IMG/VR virus record: IMGVR_UViG_3300033066_000276 | Span: 16,097 to 80,096 of that record | From: a virus | Taxonomy: Duplodnaviria > Caudoviricetes | DNA length: 64,000 nt | Direction: 5' to 3' (one strand) | Shown: in pieces, positions 54,812-64,000 of the stretch | Numbering within the stretch: position 1 is the first letter of the stretch | How the letters are laid out: each line of letters opens with the position of its first letter | The notes under the pieces: model-generated | Told to the model about the DNA's origin: nothing | Databases searched by the model: none | What the model saw: the letters and a program-made list of their open reading frames with translations, nothing else | Made by a program: the position numbers and the translations under genes

Positions 54812-55327
54812 TTAATTCATTCCTATAGTCCAGTGTTGATCGTTGACAATGTAAGAGATCGTTGATCGAGCTACGTTGAACTTCTTTGCGATAGCCTTCC
54901 CGCTATATTTACCTGGGTGGTGAGGAACATAATGCTTCCTGATCCAAGCAACTTGTGCAACTGTTAATTCCGCTCTAGGATTTTTCTCACCCCAGGTTTG
55001 TCGTTTCTTATTAACCTTGTCCTCAACGTTACTCGCATGAGTACCTTTGAACAAGTGATCCGGCTTCACGCATTTTGGTGTGTCACAAGTATGGAGCACA
55101 CATATACACGTCTTTCCCTTGTCTTTGTTCTTTGGTAGTCGTCCTTTGAACAAGACGTATGAAGCACGATGGGCGGTTATCTGACATTGCTTACCATCAC
55201 TGTCAACGAAGCTGAAATGTCCGTAGACTTCACCTCCACCTACCCAAAACCAACACCCTCTTGTTTTGCGTACATAAGAAAGGAAGCGCTTTTGGACTTC
55301 TTTTTTCCTAGTCGGAGTTAGCCTCAT
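54812..55327 (-). CDS. HNH homing endonuclease
   Basis: CWFWVG, AHRASY, VLHTCDTPKCVKPDHLFKGTHASN, C-terminal HTH. Confidence 0.9.
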   Translation of the reverse strand: MRLTPTRKKEVQKRFLSYVRKTRGCWFWVGGGEVYGHFSFVDSDGKQCQITAHRASYVLFKGRLPKNKDKGKTCICVLHTCDTPKCVKPDHLFKGTHASNVEDKVNKKRQTWGEKNPRAELTVAQVAWIRKHYVPHHPGKYSGKAIAKKFNVARSTISYIVNDQHWTIGMN

Positions 55328-55328
55328 C

Positions 55329-55748
55329 TTAGTTCATGCCGACATTCACAATTGAGAAACCATTTGCCATGACTACCTCAACCGATTCTGCTGTTAACGT
55401 TGTGGTTACTTTGTCTTGCGATAGCAGCCGCAAGTCTTCTATGCTCCGATCCTTTCGTATAGTGCGAATGAAATGCGGGGTGATCGTGCTCTGTTTGAAC
55501 GGTAGCACCCACAGTGAACCAAAGTCGATACCGCTAGATAGGAGGAAGTAGCGATCAATCAGTCCTTCAACCTCACTTGGCTTCAACTCCAAATCGCCGC
55601 GTGTCAACACTTGACTAGTACGCATTAGAGCGTAGCTGTGTTTGGGTCCATCAAACATTGAGCCCACGTCATAGAAGTAGCCAAGCTGAAAGCTATTGAC
55701 TATGGATAGGTTGCTGTCGATGCGCTCTTGCAGATCAACTAGCTTCAT
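55329..55748 (-). CDS. Hypothetical protein
   Basis: 139 aa, TAATG-coupled to the clamp gene. Confidence 0.55.
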   Translation of the reverse strand: MKLVDLQERIDSNLSIVNSFQLGYFYDVGSMFDGPKHSYALMRTSQVLTRGDLELKPSEVEGLIDRYFLLSSGIDFGSLWVLPFKQSTITPHFIRTIRKDRSIEDLRLLSQDKVTTTLTAESVEVVMANGFSIVNVGMN

Positions 55749-56848
55749 TAGCCATATCCTGCCACCAGATACTTCTTGGTTGCTTCGGTCTTCTTATTCT
55801 TTGACACGAAGACAATACGGGTTACACTTTTGTCACCGTCGAAGAGCATGTCGATTTCACCGCCCGCCAAGTTGATTACATCCATCAACGTGCGTGGGTT
55901 CAATTTGGCAGTTTTGCCAGCTCCACCTTTGATAATCGTAGCTTCCAACTCTTCCGACACCGAACCGAACTTGGAATCAATGCCTATTGTCAACGCTGAC
56001 TTGCCAAGTTTGACCTTGACCGTGACGCCTTCTTCTTCGACCGCCAGCAAGTTCTCAGTGATGCGCTTCAAGTCTTCAGCTTTGAATGTGGCGACGTGCT
56101 TGCCGGTTTTGAAGAGCTCCATCACTTCTTTCGGTGATGCTTGAAAACCGTATTCCACCATCGGCATACAGGCTTCGATGCTGTCCGACCAAAAGTACAG
56201 GATGTTGCCTTCGACCGCAAACTTGAGGCCCTTAAAATTCTTCGCCGCCGATTGCACTACCTCCGCCAGTTTCATTGGCAGAAGAATGGTAACCGGCTTT
56301 TTCGCCGCCTTCTCCAACTTGACTTCACTAACTGCCAAGTGGTGCCGGTCCACACCCATCACTTGCATCACGTCGTTCTTGACGTTGACAATGAATGGGA
56401 TGTTGTAGTCATCGTACTGCGGTGAGATAGCCACCGCACTCAGATGATCGATCAAGGCTTGCCGTACTGTGGTCGTGATCGCTTCACCGCTCTTCTTGAC
56501 TGAGTCCTCGATCGGTTTCTCGAAGTCAAAAGACGACAGGCTGAATTGACCTCGGTACGAAGTCCCAGGCGCTTCAAATCGGCCACTGTCACCATCGAGT
56601 CCTACCCGCAAAATCTTACGGCCTTTGATGAACCCGCTCAGAGACAACAGGTTAGCCGTGAACTCCAGCTTGCCTTTGCACTTGGCCGCACTGCGAAGCA
56701 TGATCCGACTTGCACCACTTTGGGCGAACAGCCACACGTCTTTGCCATCAGCCGTGATCGTCAGGAACTCAGTCGATGACACCACCTTCTTGATAAGAGT
56801 GAGTTCACTTTCAAACGGCTTTGACTCTATCTCAACGTACGATTTCAT
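55748..56848 (-). CDS. DNA sliding clamp (DNA polymerase III beta-like)
   Basis: 366 aa, beta-clamp size; MQVMGVDRHHLAV (cf. l.vaTDghRLa), three-domain spacing, LNPRTLMDVI. Confidence 0.8.
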   Translation of the reverse strand: MKSYVEIESKPFESELTLIKKVVSSTEFLTITADGKDVWLFAQSGASRIMLRSAAKCKGKLEFTANLLSLSGFIKGRKILRVGLDGDSGRFEAPGTSYRGQFSLSSFDFEKPIEDSVKKSGEAITTTVRQALIDHLSAVAISPQYDDYNIPFIVNVKNDVMQVMGVDRHHLAVSEVKLEKAAKKPVTILLPMKLAEVVQSAAKNFKGLKFAVEGNILYFWSDSIEACMPMVEYGFQASPKEVMELFKTGKHVATFKAEDLKRITENLLAVEEEGVTVKVKLGKSALTIGIDSKFGSVSEELEATIIKGGAGKTAKLNPRTLMDVINLAGGEIDMLFDGDKSVTRIVFVSKNKKTEATKKYLVAGYG

Positions 56849-56861
56849 TGTAACCCTGTGT

Positions 56862-57209
56862 TTAGAAGTAAGGTAGAAGTAGGTGTTGGCTAGTTCTTCT
56901 AGTGCTGCCTTGATTTACCAGTTGCGGGTTGATTGCGGGTTGCAAAGTATCGGGGTCTATGTAGCCTACATGCCTCTGTACGGGTAGTTTAGACGGGTCA
57001 ACAAGCTCACTAGATTCGACCCCCTTGTCAGGGCTAGGGGCTGACTCTAAAGCCTTTTCCAACCCATCAATGTCCCTGGCAAGCTGCTCAGTTTTCTCAG
57101 CTTGAATCCTTTCATCGAGGGCATGGTCACCAAGGCTTCGGCTTTCGCGCTTGGCAATCTTACGCATGTTACGCGCGATCTCAGCGAAATATTCGGAATC
57201 ATCACTCAT
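56862..57209 (-). CDS. Hypothetical protein
   Basis: 115 aa with AGGAG RBS. Confidence 0.55.
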   Translation of the reverse strand: MSDDSEYFAEIARNMRKIAKRESRSLGDHALDERIQAEKTEQLARDIDGLEKALESAPSPDKGVESSELVDPSKLPVQRHVGYIDPDTLQPAINPQLVNQGSTRRTSQHLLLPYF

Positions 57210-57832
57210 TGTTGATCTCCTTGCGGATAATGTTCAGCTTGCACCGCTGGACCTTTGTTATCAGGAAACAGCTTGCCAACCTCACGAATTGATCCGTCCT
57301 TGAAATAGATAACGGTGTTTTGCCAGTGCGGCTTGGGGCTAGCGCGTGGTCTCTTGGCGACAAATTCGGCGTAGGTTAGATCGTCTGGATGCTCGAAGGT
57401 AGCAATGTCAAAGTTGCGTTCCTTGCGCTTGTTGACCACTATCGTCCAGAAATCCTCGTACTTGTTGACCACTCCAGTGCTGTGATCGCCTGCATACCAG
57501 CGGCCTTCTACCTGATGTAGGATACTGCCCTTGCGCTTGTGTAGACGAAAGGCTTGCACAATAACGTGACCAATCCGGCCGGTATTAATGTCTAGTACCC
57601 GTTCTCGATAGGTAGTCAGCGGAAAGGTCCAGAAATCAAATTCGTGGCTATGGAAAGTGTCAGGCTGCGGGTCACCTTGGTGGAAATGATGCAACACCGC
57701 TTGCCCACCAGCTAGCGATCCAAATAGCCACGGCCATTCAGGGATGTTGAAGAAATACTTGGTCATCGATGGGACTTCTCGATCCAAGTAATAGTCCACG
57801 AGCCGTAAACAAAAAGAACCGAACACACTCAT
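57206..57832 (-). CDS. Cupin-fold-like phage protein
   Basis: VLHHFHQGD...FHSHEFDFWTF...YRERV...HQV...WTIVV pattern. Confidence 0.5.
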   Translation of the reverse strand: MSVFGSFCLRLVDYYLDREVPSMTKYFFNIPEWPWLFGSLAGGQAVLHHFHQGDPQPDTFHSHEFDFWTFPLTTYRERVLDINTGRIGHVIVQAFRLHKRKGSILHQVEGRWYAGDHSTGVVNKYEDFWTIVVNKRKERNFDIATFEHPDDLTYAEFVAKRPRASPKPHWQNTVIYFKDGSIREVGKLFPDNKGPAVQAEHYPQGDQQ

Positions 57833-58188
57833 TGATTGTCTCGTGCTCTAACACGTCCAATAATACGAAGTTCATCAAGCATACGGAACTCCCGACACCA
57901 ACCGTTCTTGTGTGTCACCGGCCACACACCATTGGCGGTGTTGCTTAATCCAGTTGATGCGCAGACTACTGGTGACCTAGATCGACATTCACCTTCGTCC
58001 TTGACCAGCAAAGATTCAGTCCCGGTGCTTGGATCTTTCTGCGGTACTGCCGTTCGGTTCCAGGCATCACAGTTCTCACAGATCCGCATGGCCTTGGCTT
58101 GAGCCACCTTATCTTTGAAATCCTTGTTGAGATCGGCTACTGTAATCGCATCTTTTTGATCGTCACTCATAGCATCAACTCCTTGCAC
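57829..58188 (-). CDS. Cys-rich small phage protein
   Basis: CENCDAW...ECRSRSP...WPVT..WCREF. Confidence 0.55.
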   Translation of the reverse strand: MQGVDAMSDDQKDAITVADLNKDFKDKVAQAKAMRICENCDAWNRTAVPQKDPSTGTESLLVKDEGECRSRSPVVCASTGLSNTANGVWPVTHKNGWCREFRMLDELRIIGRVRARDNQ

Positions 58189-61067
58189 ATCTTCTTAGTC
58201 AGCAGCATTTCCTCTGCTGGGCCTTCCTTGTTCTTGAGTCGCTTCAATTCAGTGCGGCGCAGATCACCGATCACTTCGATGTTGTGGGCTAGCTTCTTGA
58301 ACTCGCGTTTCTCGTTGATCTCGTAACCAAGTTCGTCCTTCATCCACTTGACTGAGTTCTCTGCAATCGGCATCAGCGTATCGTAACGCATATCCCAACC
58401 ACTGAGGGAGGCTAGGGAACCGCCAATTTCAAACTCGCACTCCAAGTCAGCAGCCAGGGTCCAACCAAACGTTTCACGGCACTTCTTATGTACGCGCGTG
58501 GTCATGGCGTGCTCGATCAGATAGGTAGAAATCGGCAACTCGGCCAACTTGGTCTCATACTCACCTGAGTCGTGAACCATGTTGTTCTGTTGCAGCTTGA
58601 ACTTACCTTCACCGAACAGATCGTTGACCATGATCTGACATTCGCGGCCAGCGATATAGCCCATGTTAGATGAGACGCCCTGAATCTCCGAGTTCGGACC
58701 ACGGCGGTCCATTGCCGCATTGATACCGCTGTCGTTGTCCAGGTAACCCCACAAGTGACGAGTGAAGCCAAACGGGGTAACCAAGTGGAACTTCTTGGCT
58801 GTCTCAGCTTGCGTTTGTTTGATGTACTTGCCGCCCTCTGGGAAACCCTCGAACAGTTTGTCGATCAAATCTTGAGCTTCGTTTCTCTCAATGCCGAGTT
58901 CGCGCGCCAGTGAATTTGCACCCTTGCCATAAATAACGCCGAACACGATGGCCTTAATCTGATAGCGCAGTGGATCTTCCTTATCGACCCACTTGCCGAA
59001 GAAGAACTTGACGTTCTGAATGTGAATGTCACCCTTTTTCTTGAGCTCTTCACGCAGTTCTTCGATAGCTTCCTTGGCTACAGCGAGGCGATACTTGCGA
59101 CGTAACTCCCAAGCCAACATGAAGCGTTGACCGAGTGCAGCATCTCTAGCAACGTTGGCCCAATTGCGGACTTCGTGGGCTGAGTAGTCAACCTTGACGA
59201 AGATGAAGCCGTTGCGGCAGATGAACAGGCGCTTGATTAGCTTCGCCAGTTCGCCGCGCGATGGGATGTTCTGGAAGTTCGGGTTGCTAGAACTAGATCG
59301 ATTGGTTAGAACGGTGATGAAATCGTAGCTGGCCCGAATCCTTCCATCGTGCAGAGCATCAGCTTCGTTATTCAGTCGTCGCCATGTAGTCTTGACGTAG
59401 TTGTTGTTCAGGTGGCCGTACTTCTGCAAGGCGTTGAGCCACTTGACTTCCTTGACATCCTTGTACTTGTTTTGGAAAGCCTTGTCTACTGAGTAGCCGT
59501 TTTGACCTTCCTCACCTAGAGGTTCTAGGCCGAGAGCGTTGAAGAACAGCAGTTGCTTGTGGTGACTCTTGTTGATTGAGAACGCCCAACGGTCGCCCTT
59601 GTCACCAAACAGACTACCTTCTGGCTCGCCGCTTTCAGCCAACAGCATCTTGTTGACCTTGCGCGCCGCCTTCGATTTCTTATACTTGTTGCGGGTGCGG
59701 CGTAGCACGTTGTCAAACTCGCCACCCGGACGCATGATGTTGACTAGGTGGGTCCGATCGATCAAGTGCCCATTACCTTCCATCGTCGAGAAGACGTGGT
59801 TGGTTGGGCTCAACACCTCCAGGTTATACAGCATGAATTTGTCAGAGCCGAGACGCTTAGCCTCTCGTTTCTGAAACGTGTGGACTGCGTAAGGCAGAGC
59901 TACGTCGATACAGCCGTAAGGCATAAACTTCCTTGGGGCCGTATCAATAAGACGGGCTCGTTCCTTCTTGCCTACGTCTAGCTTGTCATACTCATAACAG
60001 CCATAGCGCCAGCCGAGTTGTTCCAGTCGGTACGGGTTCATGCCCATGCCTTTCTGTAGGAACTTACGGTTCTCCTCTAGCGCGTACTCCCCACCCATCG
60101 TGTCATAGACCGGGGTGTGATAAAACTCTATCTCGAAGCCTTCCTTGATCTGAGTCAAGTCAAACTTGGAAGAGTGCATGATATGGTATTTGTGCTTGGC
60201 CTTCTTCAAGAAGTTGCGGATCATCTGCTGGTGCCGATCGTCTTTCCAGATTGGCTCAAGCGGGTGATCGATTGGAATGAAATATTGTTTGGTGGCCGAA
60301 CCCATCTGTATAGACAACAGTCGGTTGGTCACTCGTGCAAGTGACGCCGTTTCTGTATCGATGGCGATACTTGGTTTGCTAGCTAGGTAATTGAGCGCCT
60401 TCTCTAGCTTCTCAAGTGTGTTAACGTACTTGAACTTCCACTTGCTTGGGTCAACGGTATAGCGACTCTCTTGCTGTAGCAATTGTGAGATGTGATCGAT
60501 CACAATGCCTGCCGCGTTGATTAGACCCCCTTGCTTGGTTTGAACCTCACGACGTAGCTCGTACATCGAAAGCGTCCACAGGTAGCGAACGTCTTTGTAC
60601 TCGATTACTCGACCAAAGCCCTTAACGTGGTTGCCGTTATAGACATCGGTTGGCAGGATATTTTCAGCCGTGTCGCTACCTAGCAACAAGACTATGTCGG
60701 GTTGAAGGTGTTTGATGTCCTCACGCACGCGCTCAACGAAATCGATCTCAGCTGCCCGAGCCATGTTGTGCTCTAGCTTGCCAATACGAAACTCATGGAA
60801 GTTGATCGTGTTGATGACACTAGGTATGATGCCAGCGTCCTTGCACGCCAGCCGCATAATGCGCCAGAACAAATCAGTTTCATCGACGCCATTGGTGAGC
60901 AGACTACGGCCCTTAATGTCGAAGGTAGCCACCCGGTCAAAGACCACGAGTAGCTTAGGGCCGTCCTTGTTGTTTGATTTATAGACAGGAAGGTTTAGTC
61001 GAAAGCGTGGGGTCTCCTTCGATACACCCGACTTCAACGATACTCTTCGAAACGAACTTGGCTTCAT
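58167..61067 (-). CDS. polA: Family A DNA polymerase with 3'-5' exonuclease and N-terminal UDG-like domain
   Basis: Exo I AIDTET, Exo II SKFDL, Exo III YGCIDV; motif A KVDYSAHEVR, motif B RYQIKAIVFGVIYG, motif C MVHDS; N-terminal DIKHLQPDIVLLLGSDTA UDG-like segment. Confidence 0.95.
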   Translation of the reverse strand: MKPSSFRRVSLKSGVSKETPRFRLNLPVYKSNNKDGPKLLVVFDRVATFDIKGRSLLTNGVDETDLFWRIMRLACKDAGIIPSVINTINFHEFRIGKLEHNMARAAEIDFVERVREDIKHLQPDIVLLLGSDTAENILPTDVYNGNHVKGFGRVIEYKDVRYLWTLSMYELRREVQTKQGGLINAAGIVIDHISQLLQQESRYTVDPSKWKFKYVNTLEKLEKALNYLASKPSIAIDTETASLARVTNRLLSIQMGSATKQYFIPIDHPLEPIWKDDRHQQMIRNFLKKAKHKYHIMHSSKFDLTQIKEGFEIEFYHTPVYDTMGGEYALEENRKFLQKGMGMNPYRLEQLGWRYGCYEYDKLDVGKKERARLIDTAPRKFMPYGCIDVALPYAVHTFQKREAKRLGSDKFMLYNLEVLSPTNHVFSTMEGNGHLIDRTHLVNIMRPGGEFDNVLRRTRNKYKKSKAARKVNKMLLAESGEPEGSLFGDKGDRWAFSINKSHHKQLLFFNALGLEPLGEEGQNGYSVDKAFQNKYKDVKEVKWLNALQKYGHLNNNYVKTTWRRLNNEADALHDGRIRASYDFITVLTNRSSSSNPNFQNIPSRGELAKLIKRLFICRNGFIFVKVDYSAHEVRNWANVARDAALGQRFMLAWELRRKYRLAVAKEAIEELREELKKKGDIHIQNVKFFFGKWVDKEDPLRYQIKAIVFGVIYGKGANSLARELGIERNEAQDLIDKLFEGFPEGGKYIKQTQAETAKKFHLVTPFGFTRHLWGYLDNDSGINAAMDRRGPNSEIQGVSSNMGYIAGRECQIMVNDLFGEGKFKLQQNNMVHDSGEYETKLAELPISTYLIEHAMTTRVHKKCRETFGWTLAADLECEFEIGGSLASLSGWDMRYDTLMPIAENSVKWMKDELGYEINEKREFKKLAHNIEVIGDLRRTELKRLKNKEGPAEEMLLTKKMCKELML

Positions 61068-61107
61068 CTACCTACTCAAAATTCACTACTACCCTTTACC
61101 AAATCCA

Positions 61108-61144
61108 CAAATAAAAAGGGGCTGCCCGCGAGAGCAACCCCTTT
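61108..61144 (-). terminator. Rho-independent terminator upstream of the polymerase gene
   Basis: Minus strand AAAGGGGTTGCTC-TCGC-GGGCAGCCCCTTT hairpin (G.U pairs) followed by TT-ATTT. Confidence 0.85.
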
Positions 61145-61172
61145 CAGATCAACAGTGTGGTTAGACGGTGTT

Positions 61173-61874
61173 TTAGTTGGTGATGTCCGGCTTGCCGATG
61201 CTTTCGGTGCTGATTTCAGGCTCCGGCGCATCGAAGTTGATTGACGGCTCATCGTCTTCAATCAGCGAATTAGAGTCGCTGTTTTCACCATCCATTGAAG
61301 CCGGTAGTTGAAGATCGACTCGTGGCTCAGCCGTAAATGCGTCTTCAACTGCCTCGTTATCCGGCACCTCAAACTCCGACTCATCGACGATTGGCGGAAT
61401 CTCAGGGATCACTTCGGGCGGTGCTTCCTCAACCGGCGGCACGTAATCGAAGTTGGACGACGAACTTTGGTTAATAGCCCGATCGATCTCAGCCTGTTCG
61501 ACTTCGGGGTCCATCGGCACAATGTCAGGGTTAGACGTAGTGACAATCGGCACTTCGACTATGACTTCTTCGGGCTTGACTTCCTCGATGACAGCGATCT
61601 CTTCGGCCAGCCAAGTTGGGGCGTTCACCTTACCTGGACGAGTACCGATCAGGTGCCTAGAGTCGGCATGGTGTGAACATGCTTCTTCCCAAGCCCATTG
61701 AGTTTTTTCATCCCACTTGTTGGTGTTGTGCTCACTATCTAGAAAGCCTTGACGCTGCAATGCCTTTTGCACAAGACCCATTTCTGGATTTTCTTCATCG
61801 TCGATCCGGCGAGGGATGGACTGATTGGGACGAACGTTTCTCCCTCTAATTCTCCTAATCATCGCTACTATCAA
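61173..61874 (-). CDS. Protein with putative peptidoglycan-binding domain and acidic Pro/Glu-rich tail
   Basis: GLVQKALQRQGFL...KWDEKTQWAW matches the PG_binding_1 pattern V..lQ.aL...Gy...G.fg..T..A. Confidence 0.5.
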   Translation of the reverse strand: MIVAMIRRIRGRNVRPNQSIPRRIDDEENPEMGLVQKALQRQGFLDSEHNTNKWDEKTQWAWEEACSHHADSRHLIGTRPGKVNAPTWLAEEIAVIEEVKPEEVIVEVPIVTTSNPDIVPMDPEVEQAEIDRAINQSSSSNFDYVPPVEEAPPEVIPEIPPIVDESEFEVPDNEAVEDAFTAEPRVDLQLPASMDGENSDSNSLIEDDEPSINFDAPEPEISTESIGKPDITN

Positions 61875-64000
61875 CCTTTCTTGTTTTTGCTGCGGCCTTT
61901 CGGCCCCAACTTGTCCAAGCTAACTGCTTTTCTGGGCTTGGGCTTCTGCTGCGGTGCTGCTGGCGTTGGCGAGGATCGGGACGATGATGATCCTGATGAC
62001 TTAGCCGATGCCTTCGGTTTAGGTTTCGCCGCGCCAGGACGTTTAGTCGGGGTGATTTTGTCCTTTCCATCTGGCTTCGACGGGGTAGGTATGTTCTTGG
62101 GTATTACTCTCTCTTCTTCCTTAGCCTTTGGCTTTTCAGACGTCTGCGCTGGTCCCTTGCCTACATGGATTTGCATGTCATCAATGGCTTCGAGTTCGTC
62201 ATCGATGTTGGGAACCGTGAACATTTCGTCCATGAATTTCAGCTCTTTACGAGCCTCATTCTTGCCCTTGAAGAATTTAACCAGCGACTTCTCATGGACC
62301 TCAATGTCACCAAGGCGAGGAATCTTGGTTTTGATTTTGCGCAACCAACGTTCCACCGCTGGATTACGGCGAAGGTCACGAAGGTCAAAGGCTACATAAA
62401 TGTCCTCATCCCACACCACAGTCATTGGATCAATGGGAATCTCACCGCCCGGTGCCGGTAGGCGTGCGATCCGTCGGGTAGCATAGGCTATGTTCTTAAC
62501 ACCTTGCATATCGACGTAGCCGTTATGCTGGAGCCGGCCTTTGCTTTGGCGGAACCGCTTGGCAAAGTCGAGCAAGAACTTACGGCGATTGGGGCTCAGG
62601 TCGAACTTATCGTCCATTGCCTCAACGAACTCTTCCATCGCCTTATAGGATGGAACATGCATGAACAAGGTTGCAGGGATTGTAGTCCACGCACGCGGAC
62701 GTGCTACCTTGGTGAACACTTCATCTTCAACGGTGTCGTTCTTGTCACCATACCGCACTAGAGCAGGCATGTTGTTGATGAGTGAAGCCCAGATGTAAAC
62801 GCCTTCGCCCTTGGTTTGAGCACCCTTCTTCTTCGGTTTTTCTTCTTCCTCGTCATCGTCATCCGTTGGCACTGTGCCGTCAAGCACTCGCTTCTTGAAG
62901 ATGACCTTGCCTGGACCTTCATCAAGTCGCAGTTTCTTCGGGTTAGGAGGAGCCTGAATGATGCCACCGCGCTTAACCGTCGGCAGACCTTGCAGGCCAC
63001 CTTGGTTGATGAGGTTGGCTAGACGTTTGACCCCACGTTGCGGATCGGCGCCTTTTTCATTAGGGTCAACCTCTGTGCTCGGCACGAAGACCACGCCCTT
63101 CGGCAATGATACAACACCTAGACCGAGAACGTTGACCTTAACAGTCTTCGCAGTCATACTGACGATGAAGCCAGGACCAAACTCGGTCATGCACTCCTGT
63201 TCTTTTTGAACCTTAACGTCGGCATCACCTTCGTCATCATCATCTGCTAGAATTGACGCCAGTGATTCCAACTTTAGCTCGTATGGGTCGTGCATACGCG
63301 CACCGAAGACCAGTGGCGTATAGAAGTGTGATGAGCCTTCGATCTCGACGTGTTCGTCGATGATCCGCATGGCATACTTCTTGACTTCGTTCTTGGTAAT
63401 AGAACGGCCAAGGCGCTTGCTGATTTGCAGGCGCAGTTTCTCACGCTTCTTATCGAACTGTTTGGTTTCCCAATCGAGTAGAGCCTTGTACTTAGAGAAG
63501 TAAGGCAGTAGCTCGGTGTACGGGATCGCTCGGATAAGGTCGAGGTTCATACGCAGAGGCTCAAGCCCCTCGAACTCTTCAGCGACTTCCTTCCACTCTT
63601 CGTTGTTGGCTTCATCGAACTTGTTTTTCTCGATCATCTTGGTGATGAGGCGAGCAGTCTTAGCTGTGTCAACGGTCGGGGCTTCACCATCAGGACCAAC
63701 GGCTACCAACCAATCCAAGTGAACCTGATCGCGGTTGTAGACGCCACGCGGGTCAGGACGGAAGATACGTGACATAGCTTGTTCGTGTGCGCCCGGTGAC
63801 CACAGTGTTTGTACACGGATCATGCGAGAGCACATCTGCAGATTGAAGCCTTCCTTGATGCTGGTTTCATCAGCCACAAGGATATTGTACTTGGTTTGGT
63901 TAGGATCAATGAACTTGGCTAGGGTGGCTTCGTCACTAGCGGTGTAGTGCAGAGCTTGTTGCTTGAACTGCGGAGCCAAGTTCTTGAACATATGCCGTGA
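61871..64000 (-). CDS. SNF2-like helicase, C-terminal part (5' end beyond the window)
   Basis: SIKEGFNLQMCSRMI...WSPGAHEQAMSRIFR (SNF2 motifs V/VI); frame stays open to the window edge; long basic tail. Confidence 0.8.
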   Translation of the reverse strand, partial: SRHMFKNLAPQFKQQALHYTASDEATLAKFIDPNQTKYNILVADETSIKEGFNLQMCSRMIRVQTLWSPGAHEQAMSRIFRPDPRGVYNRDQVHLDWLVAVGPDGEAPTVDTAKTARLITKMIEKNKFDEANNEEWKEVAEEFEGLEPLRMNLDLIRAIPYTELLPYFSKYKALLDWETKQFDKKREKLRLQISKRLGRSITKNEVKKYAMRIIDEHVEIEGSSHFYTPLVFGARMHDPYELKLESLASILADDDDEGDADVKVQKEQECMTEFGPGFIVSMTAKTVKVNVLGLGVVSLPKGVVFVPSTEVDPNEKGADPQRGVKRLANLINQGGLQGLPTVKRGGIIQAPPNPKKLRLDEGPGKVIFKKRVLDGTVPTDDDDEEEEKPKKKGAQTKGEGVYIWASLINNMPALVRYGDKNDTVEDEVFTKVARPRAWTTIPATLFMHVPSYKAMEEFVEAMDDKFDLSPNRRKFLLDFAKRFRQSKGRLQHNGYVDMQGVKNIAYATRRIARLPAPGGEIPIDPMTVVWDEDIYVAFDLRDLRRNPAVERWLRKIKTKIPRLGDIEVHEKSLVKFFKGKNEARKELKFMDEMFTVPNIDDELEAIDDMQIHVGKGPAQTSEKPKAKEEERVIPKNIPTPSKPDGKDKITPTKRPGAAKPKPKASAKSSGSSSSRSSPTPAAPQQKPKPRKAVSLDKLGPKGRSKNKKG

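Noticed and set aside
1-64000. tRNA, rRNA or structured ncRNA genes
   Set aside because: Intergenic gaps are tiny apart from 12.7-12.95 kb, and no T-loop/D-loop cloverleaf was seen. A tRNAscan/Infernal run would be needed for full exclusion.

Overview
The whole 64 kb is a gene-dense segment of a large tailed dsDNA phage genome with a contractile tail (jumbo-myovirus-like). Essentially all credible genes lie on the minus strand, many translationally coupled (TAATG/ATGA overlaps). I found no tRNA, rRNA, CRISPR array or integrase. From window start to end: (i) tail and head module with a baseplate-hub-like gene (cut by the edge), three tail-tube paralogues, tail sheath, major capsid protein, a very acidic scaffold-like protein and a prohead protease; (ii) a block of basic proteins sharing an 'MR[YFI]xF' N-terminal leader, including a topoisomerase IB, a tandem nucleotidyltransferase and a T7 gp0.7-like kinase, with a ubiquitin-like protein among them; (iii) portal, large terminase and DnaB helicase, each interrupted by a LAGLIDADG intein; (iv) an accessory region with Acb2/Tad1-like, YpsA/SLOG, GroES and nucleoside-deoxyribosyltransferase-like genes; (v) a coupled cluster of two glycosyltransferases, a PurD-like ATP-grasp ligase, an Aat L/F-tRNA transferase, a Bpt/ATE1-like GNAT and a SAM methyltransferase; (vi) beta-clamp, family A DNA polymerase with a UDG-like N-terminal domain and an SNF2-like helicase (cut by the edge). 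The strongest novelty candidates are the glyco-aminoacyl-methyl modification cluster (43.4-50.0 kb) and small free-standing genes that resemble fragments of the phage's own virion proteins: a capsid A-domain-like piece (52.7 kb), a sheath C-terminal piece (38.9 kb) and possibly a fibre N-terminal module (39.5 kb). All family assignments come from motif recognition and manual alignment; no database searches were run.
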